49,892 nucleotides of DNA from Nemertoderma westbladi. Lineage: Eukaryota > Animalia > Xenacoelomorpha. The stretch lies in the NCBI GenBank assembly GCA_032718475.1, contig JAUCBJ010003190.1, positions 1 to 49,892 of the forward strand, read 5' to 3'. The translations under genes were made by a program, and so were the position numbers. The notes beneath the pieces were generated by a model, which saw only the letters and a program-made list of their open reading frames with translations, had not been told where the DNA came from and made no database searches. Below, one piece after another: positions 19,906-34,900 of the stretch (its first letter is position 1; each line of letters opens with the position of its first letter).

Positions 19906-22900
19906 GTGTATGCTAGGACATACTAACTAGTACTAACTAGTAACTACAAATGTGTATGCTAGAACATACTAACTAGTACTAACTAGTAACTACAAATGTG
20001 TATGCTAGAACATACTAACTAGTACTAACTAGTAACTACAAATGTGTATGCTAGAACATACTAACTAGTAACTACAAATGTGTATGCTAGAACATACTAA
20101 CTAGTACTAACTAGTAACTACAAATGTGTATGCTAGAACATACTAACTAGTACTAACTAGTAACTACAAATGTGTATGCTAGAACATACTAACTAGTACT
20201 AACTAGTAACTACAAATGTGTATGCTAGAACATACTAACTAGTACTAACTAGTAACTACAAATGTGTATGCTAGAACATACTAACTAGTAACTACAAATG
20301 TGTATGCTAGAACATACTAACTAGTAACTACAAATGTGTATGCTAGAACATACTAACTAGTAACTACAAATGTGTATGCTAGAACATACTAACTAGTAAC
20401 TACAAATGTGTATGCTAGAACATACTAACTAGTAACTACAAATGTGTATGCTAGAACATACTAACTAGTAACTACAAATGTGTATGCTAGAACATACTAA
20501 CTAGTAACTACAAATGTGTATGCTAGAACATACTAACTAGTACTAACTAGTAATTACAAATGTGTATGCTAGAACATACTAACTAGTAACTACAAATGTG
20601 TATGCTAGAACATACTAACTAGTAACTACAAATGTGTATGCTAGAACATACTAACTAGTAACTACAAATGTGTATGCTAGAACATACTAACTAGTAACTA
20701 CAAATGTGTATGCTAGAACATACTAACTAGTAACTACAAATGTGTATGCTAGAACATACTAACTAGTAACTACAAATGTGTATGCTAGAACATACTAACT
20801 AGTAACTACAAATGTGTATGCTAGAACATACTAACTAGTAACTACAAATGTGTATGCTAGAACATACTAACTAGTACTAACTAGTAATTACAAATGTGTA
20901 TGCTAGAACATACTAACTAGTAACTACAAATGTGTATGCTAGGACATACTAACTAGTACTAACTAGTAATTACAAATGTGTATGCTAGAACATACTAACT
21001 AGTACTAACTAGTAACTACAAATGTGTATGCTAGAACATACTAACTAGTAACTACAAATGTGTATGCTAGAACATACTAACTAGTAACTACAAATGTGTA
21101 TGCTAGGACATACTAACTAGTACTAACTAGTAACTACAAATGTTTATGCTAGAACATACTAACTAGTAATTACAAATGTGTATGCTAGAACATACTAACT
21201 AGTACTAACTAGTAACTACAAATGTGTATGCTAGAACATACTAACTAGTAACTACAAATGTGTATGCTAGAACATACTAACTAGTAACTACAAATGTGTA
21301 TGCTAGGACATACTTACTAGTACTAACTATTAACTACAAATGTGTATGTTAGAACATACTAACTAGTAACTACAAATGTGTATGCTAGAACATACTAACT
21401 AGTACTAACTAGTAACTACAAATGTGTATGCTAGAACATACTAACTAGTAACTACAAATGTGTATGCTAGAACATACTAACTAGTAACTACAAATGTGTA
21501 TGCTAGAACATACTAACTAGTACTAACTAGTAACTACAAATGTGTATGCTAGAACATACTAACTAGTAACTACAAATGTGTATGCTAGAACATACTAACT
21601 AGTAACTACAAATGTGTATGCTAGGACATACTTACTAGTACTAACTATTAACTACAAATGTGTATGTTAGAACATACTAACTAGTAACTACAAATGTGTA
21701 TGCTAGAACATACTAACTAGTACTAACTAGTAACTACAAATGTGTATGCTAGAACATACTAACTAGTAACTACAAATGTGTATGCTAGAACATACTAACT
21801 AGTAACTACAAATGTGTATGCTAGAACATACTAACTAGTACTAACTATTAACTACAAATGTGTATGCTAGAACATACTAACTAGTACTAACTAGTAACTA
21901 CAAATGTGTATGCTAGAACATACTAACTAGTAACTACAAATGTGTATGCTAGAACATACTAACTAGTACTAACTAGTAACTACAAATGTGTATGCTAGAA
22001 CATACTAACTAGTAACTACAAATGTGTATGCTAGAACATACTAACTAGTAACTACAAATGTGTATGCTAGAACATACTAACTAGTACTAACTAGTAACTA
22101 CAAATGTGTATGCTAGAACATACTAACTAGTAACTACAAATGTGTATGCTAGAACATACTAACTAGTAACTACAAATGTGTATGCTAGAACATACTAACT
22201 AGTACTAACTAGTAACTACAAATGTGTATGCTAGAACATACTAACTAGTACTAACTAGTAACTACAAATGTGTATGCTAGAACATACTAACTAGTAATTA
22301 CAAATGTGTATGCTAGAGCATACTAACTAGTACTAACAAGTAACTACAAATGTGTATGCTAGAACATACTAACTAGTACTAACTAGTAACTACAAATGTG
22401 TATGCTAGAACATACTAACTAGTAACTACAAATGTGTATGCTAGAACATACTAACTAGTACTCTAACTAGTAACTACAAATGTGTATGCTAGAACATACT
22501 AACTAGTAATTACAAATGTGTATGCTAGAGCATACTAACTAGTACTAACAAGTAACTACAAATGTGTATGCTAGAACATACTAACTAGTACTAACTAGTA
22601 ACTACAAATGTGTATGCTAGAACATACTAACTAGTAATTACAAATGTGTATGCTAGAGCATACTAACTAGTACTAACAAGTAACTACAAATGTGTATGCT
22701 AGAACATACTAACTAGTACTAACTAGTAACTACAAATGTGTATGCTAGAACATACTAACTAGTACTAACTAGTAACTACAAATGTGTATGCTAGAGCATA
22801 CTAACTAGTACTAACAAGTAACTACAAATGTGTATGCTAGAACATACTAACTAGTACTAACTAGTAACTACAAATGTGTATGCTAGAACATACTAACTAG

Positions 22901-25900
22901 TAATTACAAATGTGTATGCTAGAGCATACTAACTAGTACTAACAAGTAACTACAAATGTGTATGCTAGAGCATACTAACTAGTACTAACAAGTAACTACA
23001 AATGTGTATGCTAGAACATACTAACTAGTACTAACTAGTAACTACAAATGTGTATGCTAGAGCATACTAACTAGTACTAACTAGTAACTACAAATGTGTA
23101 TGCTAGAACATACTAACTAGTACTAACTATTAACTACAAATGTGTATGTTAGAACATACTAACTAGTAACTACAAATGTGTATGCTAGAACATACTAACT
23201 AGTACTAACAAGTAACTACAAATGTGTATGCTAGAACATACTAACTAGTACTAACTAGTAACTACAAATGTGTATGCTAGAACATACTAACTAGTAATTA
23301 CAAATGTGTATGCTAGAGCATACTAACTAGTACTAACAAGTAACTACAAATGTGTATGCTAGAACATACTAACTAGTACTAACTAGTAACTACAAATGTG
23401 TATGCTAGAGCATACTAACTAGTACTAACTAGTAACTACAAATGTGTATGCTAGAACATACTAACTAGTACTAACTAGTAACTACAAATGTGTATGCTAG
23501 AACATACTAACTAGTAATTACAAATGTGTATGCTAGAGCATACTAACTAGTACTAACTAGTAACTACAAATGTGTATGCTAGAACATACTAACTAGTAAT
23601 TACAAATGTGTATGCTAGAACATACTAACTAGTACTAACTAGTAACTACAAATGTGTATGCTAGAACATACTAACTAGTAATTACAAATGTGTATGCTAG
23701 AACATACTAACTAGTACTAACTAGTAACTACAAATGTGTATGCTAGAACATACTAACTAGTAATTACAAATGTGTATGCTAGAGCATACTAACTAGTACT
23801 AACTAGTAACTACAAATGTGTATGCTAGAACATACTAACTAGTACTAACTAGTAACTACAAATGTGTATGCTAGAACATACTAACTAGTAATTACAAATG
23901 TGTATGCTAGAGCATACTAACTAGTACTAACAAGTAACTACAAATGTGTATGCTAGAACATACTAACTAGTACTAACTAGTAACTACAAATGTGTATGCT
24001 AGAACATACTAACTAGTAATTACAAATGTGTATGCTAGAGCATACTAACTAGTACTAACTAGTAACTACAAATGTGTATGCTAGAACATACTAACTAGTA
24101 CTAACTAGTAACTACAAATGTGTATGCTAGAACATACTAACAAGTAACTACAAATGTGTATGCTAGAACATACTAACTAGTACTAACTAGTAACTACAAA
24201 TGTGTATGCTAGAACATACTAACAAGTAACTACAAATGTGTATGCTAGAACATACTAACTAGTACTAACTAGTAACTACAAATGTGTATGCTAGAACATA
24301 CTAACTAGTAACTACAAATGTGTATGCTAGAACATACTAACTAGTAACTACAAATGTGTATGCTAGGACATACTAACTAGTACTAACTAGTAACTACAAA
24401 TGTTTATGCTAGAACATACTAACTAGTAATTACAAATGTGTATGCTAGAACATACTAACTAGTACTAACTAGTAACTACAAATGTGTATGCTAGAACATA
24501 CTAACTAGTAACTACAAATGTGTATGCTAGAACATACTAACTAGTAACTACAAATGTGTATGCTAGGACATACTTACTAGTACTAACTATTAACTACAAA
24601 TGTGTATGTTAGAACATACTAACTAGTAACTACAAATGTGTATGCTAGAACATACTAACTAGTACTAACTAGTAACTACAAATGTGTATGCTAGAACATA
24701 CTAACTAGTAACTACAAATGTGTATGCTAGAACATACTAACTAGTAACTACAAATGTGTATGCTAGAACATACTAACTAGTACTAACTAGTAACTACAAA
24801 TGTGTATGCTAGAACATACTAACTAGTAACTACAAATGTGTATGCTAGAACATACTAACTAGTAACTACAAATGTGTATGCTAGGACATACTTACTAGTA
24901 CTAACTATTAACTACAAATGTGTATGTTAGAACATACTAACTAGTAACTACAAATGTGTATGCTAGAACATACTAACTAGTACTAACTAGTAACTACAAA
25001 TGTGTATGCTAGAACATACTAACTAGTAACTACAAATGTGTATGCTAGAACATACTAACTAGTAACTACAAATGTGTATGCTAGAACATACTAACTAGTA
25101 CTAACTATTAACTACAAATGTGTATGCTAGAACATACTAACTAGTACTAACTAGTAACTACAAATGTGTATGCTAGAACATACTAACTAGTAACTACAAA
25201 TGTGTATGCTAGAACATACTAACTAGTACTAACTAGTAACTACAAATGTGTATGCTAGAACATACTAACTAGTAACTACAAATGTGTATGCTAGAACATA
25301 CTAACTAGTAACTACAAATGTGTATGCTAGAACATACTAACTAGTACTAACTAGTAACTACAAATGTGTATGCTAGAACATACTAACTAGTAACTACAAA
25401 TGTGTATGCTAGAACATACTAACTAGTAACTACAAATGTGTATGCTAGAACATACTAACTAGTACTAACTAGTAACTACAAATGTGTATGCTAGAACATA
25501 CTAACTAGTACTAACTAGTAACTACAAATGTGTATGCTAGAACATACTAACTAGTACTAACTAGTAACTACAAATGTGTATGCTAGAACATACTAACAAG
25601 TAACTACAAATGTGTATGCTAGAACATACTAACTAGTACTAACTAGTAACTACAAATGTGTATGCTAGAACATACTAACTAGTAATTACAAATGTGTATG
25701 CTAGAGCATACTAACTAGTACTAACAAGTAACTACAAATGTGTATGCTAGAACATACTAACTAGTACTAACTAGTAACTACAAATGTGTATGCTAGAACA
25801 TACTAACTAGTAATTACAAATGTGTATGCTAGAGCATACTAACTAGTACTAACAAGTAACTACAAATGTGTATGCTAGAACATACTAACTAGTACTAACT

Positions 25901-28900
25901 AGTAACTACAAATGTGTATGCTAGAACATACTAACTAGTAATTACAAATGTGTATGCTAGAGCATACTAACTAGTACTAACTAGTAATTACAAATGTGTA
26001 TGCTAGAACATACTAACTAGTACTAACTAGTAACTACAAATGTGTATGCTAGAACATACTAACTAGTAATTACAAATGTGTATGCTAGAGCATACTAACT
26101 AGTACTAACTAGTAACTACAAATGTGTATGCTAGAACATACTAACTAGTACTAACTAGTAACTACAAATGTGTATGCTAGAACATACTAACTAGTAATTA
26201 CAAATGTGTATGCTAGAGCATACTAACTAGTACTAACAAGTAACTACAAATGTGTATGCTAGAACATACTAACTAGTACTAACTAGTAACTACAAATGTG
26301 TATGCTAGAACATACTAACTAGTAATTACAAATGTGTATGCTAGAGCATACTAACTAGTACTAACTAGTAACTACAAATGTGTATGCTAGAACATACTAA
26401 CTAGTAATTACAAATGTGTATGCTAGAGCATACTAACTAGTACTAACTAGTAACTACAAATGTGTATGCTAGAGCATACTAACTAGTACTAACTAGTAAC
26501 TACAAATGTGTATGCTAGAACATACTAACTAGTACTAACTATTAACTACAAATGTGTATGCTAGAGCATACTAACTAGTACTAACAAGTAACTACAAATG
26601 TGTATGCTAGAACATACTAACTAGTACTAACTAGTAACTACAAATGTGTATGCTAGAACATACTAACTAGTAATTACAAATGTGTATGCTAGAGCATACT
26701 AACTAGTACTAACAAGTAACTACAAATGTGTATGCTAGAGCATACTAACTAGTACTAACAAGTAACTACAAATGTGTATGCTAGAACATACTAACTAGTA
26801 CTAACTAGTAACTACAAATGTGTATGCTAGAGCATACTAACTAGTACTAACTAGTAACTACAAATGTGTATGCTAGAACATACTAACTAGTACTAACTAT
26901 TAACTACAAATGTGTATGTTAGAACATACTAACTAGTAACTACAAATGTGTATGCTAGAACATACTAACTAGTACTAACAAGTAACTACAAATGTGTATG
27001 CTAGAACATACTAACTAGTACTAACAAGTAACTACAAATGTGTATGCTAGAGCATACTAACTAGTACTAACAAGTAACTACAAATGTGTATGCTAGAACA
27101 TACTAACTAGTACTAACTAGTAACTACAAATGTGTATGCTAGAACATACTAACTAGTAATTACAAATGTGTATGCTAGAGCATACTAACTAGTACTAACT
27201 AGTAACTACAAATGTGTATGCTAGAGCATACTAACTAGTACTAACTAGTAACTACAAATGTGTATGCTAGAACATACTAACTAGTACTAACTATTAACTA
27301 CAAATGTGTATGCTAGAGCATACTAACTAGTACTAACAAGTAACTACAAATGTGTATGCTAGAACATACTAACTAGTACTAACTAGTAACTACAAATGTG
27401 TATGCTAGAACATACTAACTAGTAATTACAAATGTGTATGCTAGAGCATACTAACTAGTACTAACAAGTAACTACAAATGTGTATGCTAGAGCATACTAA
27501 CTAGTACTAACAAGTAACTACAAATGTGTATGCTAGAACATACTAACTAGTACTAACTAGTAACTACAAATGTGTATGCTAGAGCATACTAACTAGTACT
27601 AACTAGTAACTACAAATGTGTATGCTAGAACATACTAACTAGTACTAACTATTAACTACAAATGTGTATGTTAGAACATACTAACTAGTAACTACAAATG
27701 TGTATGCTAGAACATACTAACTAGTACTAACAAGTAACTACAAATGTGTATGCTAGAACATACTAACTAGTACTAACTATTAACTACAAATGTGTATGTT
27801 AGAACATACTAACTAGTAACTACAAATGTGTATGCTAGAACATACTAACTAGTACTAACAAGTAACTACAAATGTGTATGCTAGAACATACTAACTAGTA
27901 CTAACTAGTAACTACAAATGTGTATGCTAGAACATACTAACTAGTAATTACAAATGTGTATGCTAGAACATACTAACTAGTACTAACAAGTAACTACAAA
28001 TGTGTATGCTAGAACATACTAACTAGTACTAACTAGTAACTACAAATGTGTATGCTAGAGCATACTAACTAGTACTAACTAGTAACTACAAATGTGTATG
28101 CTAGAACATACTAACTAGTACTAACTATTAACTACAAATGTGTATGCTAGAACATACTAACTAGTACTAACTAGTAACTACAAATGTGTATGCTAGAACA
28201 TACTAACTAGTAATTACAAATGTGTATGCTAGAGCATACTAACTAGTACTAACAAGTAACTACAAATGTGTATGCTAGAACATACTAACTAGTACTAACT
28301 AGTAACTACAAATGTGTATGCTAGAACATACTAACTAGTACTAACTAGTAACTACAAATGTGTATGCTAGAGCATACTAACTAGTACTAACTAGTAACTA
28401 CAAATGTGTATGCTAGAACATACTAACTAGTACTAACTATTAACTACAAATGTGTATGCTAGAACATACTAACTAGTAACTACAAATGTGTATGCTAGAA
28501 CATACTAACTAGTACTAACTAGTAACTACAAATGTGTATGCTAGAACATACTAACTAGTACTAACTAGTAACTACAAATGTGTATGCTAGAGCATACTAA
28601 CTAGTACTAACTAGTAACTACAAATGTGTATGCTAGAACATACTAACTAGTACTAACTATTAACTACAAATGTGTATGTTAGAACATACTAACTAGTAAT
28701 TACAAATGTGTATGTTAGAACATACTAACTAGTAATTACAAATGTGTATGCTAGAACATACTAACTAGTACTAACTATTAACTACAAATGTGTATGCTAG
28801 AACATACTAACTAGTAACTACAAATGTGTATGCTAGAACATACTAACTAGTACTAACTAGTAACTACAAATGTGTATGCTAGAACATACTAACTAGTACT

Positions 28901-31900
28901 AACTAGTAACTACAAATGTGTATGCTAGAACATACTAACTAGTAACTACAAATGTGTATGCTAGAACATACTAACTAGTAATTACAAATGTGTATGCTAG
29001 AGCATACTAACTAGTACTAACTAGTAACTACAAATGTGTATGCTAGAACATACTAACTAGTACTAACTAGTAACTACAAATGTGTATGCTAGAACATACT
29101 AACTAGTAACTACAAATGTGTATGCTAGAACATACTAACTAGTACTAACTAGTAACTACAAATGTGTATGCTAGAACATACTAACTAGTACTAACTAGTA
29201 ACTACAAATGTGTATGCTAGAACATACTAACTAGTAACTACAAATGTGTATGCTAGAACATACTAACTAGTACTAACTAGTAACTACAAATGTGTATGCT
29301 AGAACATACTAACTAGTACTAACTAGTAACTACAAATGTGTATGCTAGAGCATACTAACTAGTACTAACTAGTAACTACAAATGTGTATGCTAGAACATA
29401 CTAACTAGTACTAACTATTAACTACAAATGTGTATGCTAGAACATACTAACTAGTACTAACTAGTAACTACAAATGTGTATGCTAGAACATACTAACTAG
29501 TAATTACAAATGTGTATGCTAGAGCATACTAACTAGTACTAACAAGTAACTACAAATGTGTATGCTAGAACATACTAACTAGTACTAACTAGTAACTACA
29601 AATGTGTATGCTAGAACATACTAACTAGTACTAACTAGTAACTACAAATGTGTATGCTAGAGCATACTAACTAGTACTAACTAGTAACTACAAATGTGTA
29701 TGCTAGAACATACTAACTAGTACTAACTATTAACTACAAATGTGTATGCTAGAACATACTAACTAGTAACTACAAATGTGTATGCTAGAACATACTAACT
29801 AGTACTAACTAGTAACTACAAATGTGTATGCTAGAACATACTAACTAGTACTAACTAGTAACTACAAATGTGTATGCTAGAGCATACTAACTAGTACTAA
29901 CTAGTAACTACAAATGTGTATGCTAGAACATACTAACTAGTACTAACTATTAACTACAAATGTGTATGTTAGAACATACTAACTAGTAATTACAAATGTG
30001 TATGCTAGAACATACTAACTAGTAACTTACAAATGTGTATGCTAGAACATACTAACTAGTACTAACTATTAACTACAAATGTGTATGTTAGAACATACTA
30101 ACTAGTAACTACAAATGTGTATGCTAGAACATACTAACTAGTACTAACTAGTAACTACAAATGTGTATGCTAGAACATACTAACTAGTAACTACAAATGT
30201 GTATGCTAGAACATACTAACTAGTAATTACAAATGTGTATGCTAGAGCATACTAACTAGTACTAACTAGTAACTACAAATGTGTATGCTAGAACATACTA
30301 ACTAGTACTAACTAGTAACTACAAATGTGTATGCTAGAACATACTAACTAGTAACTACAAATGTGTATGCTAGAACATACTAACTAGTAATTACAAATGT
30401 GTATGCTAGAACATACTAACTAGTACTAACTAGTAACTACAAATGTGTATGCTAGAACATACTAACTAGTAACTACAAATGTGTATGCTAGAACATACTA
30501 ACTAGTAATTACAAATGTGTATGCTAGAACATACTAACTAGTACTAACTAGTAACTACAAATGTGTATGCTAGAACATACTAACTAGTAACTACAAATGT
30601 GTATGCTAGAACATACTAACTAGTAATTACAAATGTGTATGCTAGAACATACTAACTAGTACTAACTAGTAACTACAAATGTGTATGCTAGAGCATACTA
30701 ACTAGTACTAACTAGTAACTACAAATGTGTATGCTAGAACATACTAACTAGTACTAACTATTAACTACAAATGTGTATGTTAGAACATACTAACTAGTAA
30801 CTACAAATGTGTATGCTAGAACATACTAACTAGTACTAACTAGTAACTACAAATGTGTATGCTAGAACATACTAACTAGTACTAACTAGTAACTACAAAT
30901 GTGTATGCTAGAGCATACTAACTAGTACTAACTAGTAACTACAAATGTGTATGCTAGAGCATACTAACTAGTACTAACTAGTAACTACAAATGTGTATGC
31001 TAGAACATACTAACTAGTAATTACAAATGTGTATGCTAGAGCATACTAACTAGTACTAACAAGTAACTACAAATGTGTATGCTAGAACATACTAACTAGT
31101 ACTAACTAGTAACTACAAATGTGTATGCTAGAGCATACTAACTAGTACTAACTAGTAACTACAAATGTGTATGCTAGAACATACTAACTAGTACTAACTA
31201 TTAACTACAAATGTGTATGTTAGAACATACTAACTAGTAATTACAAATGTGTATGCTAGAGCATACTAACTAGTACTAACTAGTAACTACAAATGTGTAT
31301 GCTAGAACATACTAACTAGTACTAACTAGTAACTACAAATGTGTATGCTAGAACATACTAACTAGTACTAACTAGTAACTACAAATGTGTATGTTAGAAC
31401 ATACTAACTAGTACTAACTAGTAATTACAAATGTGTATGCTAGAGCATACTAACTAGTACTAACAAGTAACTACAAATGTGTATGCTAGAACATACTAAC
31501 TAGTACTAACTAGTAACTACAAATGTGTATGCTAGAACATACTAACTAGTACTAACTATTAACTACAAATGTGTATGTTAGAACATACTAACTAGTAATT
31601 ACAAATGTGTATGCTAGAGCATACTAACTAGTACTAACTAGTAACTACAAATGTGTATGCTAGAACATACTAACTAGTACTAACTATTAACTACAAATGT
31701 GTATGTTAGAACATACTAACTAGTAATTACAAATGTGTATGCTAGAGCATACTAACTAGTACTAACTATTAACTACAAATGTGTATGTTAGAACATACTA
31801 ACTAGTAATTACAAATGTGTATGCTAGAGCATACTAACTAGTACTAACTAGTAACTACAAATGTGTATGCTAGAACATACTAACTAGTACTAACTAGTAA

Positions 31901-34900
31901 CTACAAATGTGTATGCTAGAACATACTAACTAGTACTAACTAGTAACTACAAATGTGTATGCTAGAACATACTAACTAGTACTAACTAGTAACTACAAAT
32001 GTGTATGCTAGAGCATACTAACTAGTACTAACTAGTAACTACAAATGTGTATGCTAGAACATACTAACTAGTACTAACTATTAACTACAAATGTGTATGT
32101 TAGAACATACTAACTAGTAATTACAAATGTGTATGCTAGAGCATACTAACTAGTACTAACTAGTAACTACAAATGTGTATGCTAGAACATACTAACTAGT
32201 ACTAACTAGTAACTACAAATGTGTATGCTAGAACATACTAACTAGTACTAACTAGTAACTACAAATGTGTATGTTAGAACATACTAACTAGTACTAACTA
32301 GTAATTACAAATGTGTATGCTAGAGCATACTAACTAGTACTAACAAGTAACTACAAATGTGTATGCTAGAACATACTAACTAGTACTAACTAGTAACTAC
32401 AAATGTGTATGCTAGAACATACTAACTAGTACTAACTAGTAACTACAAATGTGTATGCTAGAGCATACTAACTAGTACTAACTAGTAACTACAAATGTGT
32501 ATGCTAGAACATACTAACTAGTACTAACTAGTAACTACAAATGTGTATGCTAGAACATACTAACTAGTACTAACTAGTAACTACAAATGTGTATGCTAGA
32601 GCATACTAACTAGTACTAACTAGTAACTACAAATGTGTATGCTAGAACATACTAACTAGTACTAACTAGTAACTACAAATGTGTATGCTAGAACATACTA
32701 ACTAGTACTAACTAGTAACTACAAATGTGTATGCTAGAACATACTAACTAGTACTAACTAGTAACTACAAATGTGTATGCTAGAACATACTAACTAGTAA
32801 TTACAAATGTGTATGCTAGAGCATACTAACTAGTACTAACAAGTAACTACAAATGTGTATGCTAGAACATACTAACTAGTACTAACTAGTAACTACAAAT
32901 GTGTATGCTAGAACATACTAACTAGTACTAACTAGTAACTACAAATGTGTATGCTAGAACATACTAACTAGTACTAACTATTAACTACAAATGTGTATGT
33001 TAGAACATACTAACTAGTAATTACAAATGTGTATGCTAGAGCATACTAACTAGTACTAACAAGTAACTACAAATGTGTATGCTAGAACATACTAACTAGT
33101 AATTACAAATGTGTATGCTAGAGCATACTAACTAGTACTAACAAGTAACTACAAATGTGTATGCTAGAACATACTAACTAGTACTAACTAGTAACTACAA
33201 ATGTGTATGCTAGAGCATACTAACTAGTACTAACTAGTAACTACAAATGTGTATGCTAGAACATACTAACTAGTACTAACTATTAACTACAAATGTGTAT
33301 GTTAGAACATACTAACTAGTAATTACAAATGTGTATGCTAGAGCATACTAACTAGTACTAACAAGTAACTACAAATGTGTATGCTAGAACATACTAACTA
33401 GTACTAACTAGTAACTACAAATGTGTATGCTAGAACATACTAACTAGTACTAACTAGTAACTACAAATGTGTATGTTAGAACATACTAACTAGTACTAAC
33501 TAGTAATTACAAATGTGTATGCTAGAGCATACTAACTAGTACTAACAAGTAACTACAAATGTGTATGCTAGAACATACTAACTAGTACTAACTAGTAACT
33601 ACAAATGTGTATGCTAGAACATACTAACTAGTACTAACTAGTAACTACAAATGTGTATGTTAGAACATACTAACTAGTAACTACAAATGTGTATGCTAGA
33701 ACATACTAACTAGTACTAACTAGTAACTACAAATGTGTATGCTAGAACATACTAACTAGTACTAACTAGTAACTACAAATGTGTATGCTAGAGCATACTA
33801 ACTAGTACTAACTAGTAACTACAAATGTGTATGCTAGAGCATACTAACTAGTACTAACTAGTAATTACAAATGTGTATGCTAGAGCATACTAACTAGTAC
33901 TAACTAGTAACTACAAATGTGTATGCTAGAACATACTAACTAGTACTAACTAGTAACTACAAATGTGTATGCTAGAGCATACTAACTAGTACTAACTAGT
34001 AATTACAAATGTGTATGCTAGAGCATACTAACTAGTACTAACTAGTAACTACAAATGTGTATGCTAGAGCATACTAACTAGTACTAACTAGTAACTACAA
34101 ATGTGTATGCTAGAACATACTAACTAGTACTAACTATTAACTACAAATGTGTATGTTAGAACATACTAACTAGTAATTACAAATGTGTATGCTAGAGCAT
34201 ACTAACTAGTACTAACTAGTAACTACAAATGTGTATGCTAGAACATACTAACTAGTACTAACTAGTAACTACAAATGTGTATGCTAGAACATACTAACTA
34301 GTACTAACTAGTAACTACAAATGTGTATGTTAGAACATACTAACTAGTACTAACTAGTAATTACAAATGTGTATGCTAGAGCATACTAACTAGTACTAAC
34401 AAGTAACTACAAATGTGTATGCTAGAACATACTAACTAGTACTAACTAGTAACTACAAATGTGTATGCTAGAGCATACTAACTAGTACTAACTAGTAACT
34501 ACAAATGTGTATGCTAGAACATACTAACTAGTACTAACTAGTAACTACAAATGTGTATGTTAGAACATACTAACTAGTACTAACTAGTAATTACAAATGT
34601 GTATGCTAGAGCATACTAACTAGTACTAACAAGTAACTACAAATGTGTATGCTAGAACATACTAACTAGTACTAACTAGTAACTACAAATGTGTATGCTA
34701 GAACATACTAACTAGTACTAACTAGTAACTACAAATGTGTATGCTAGAACATACTAACTAGTACTAACTAGTAACTACAAATGTGTATGCTAGAACATAC
34801 TAACTAGTACTAACTAGTAACTACAAATGTGTATGCTAGAACATACTAACTAGTAACTACAAATGTGTATGCTAGAACATACTAACTAGTACTAACTAGT

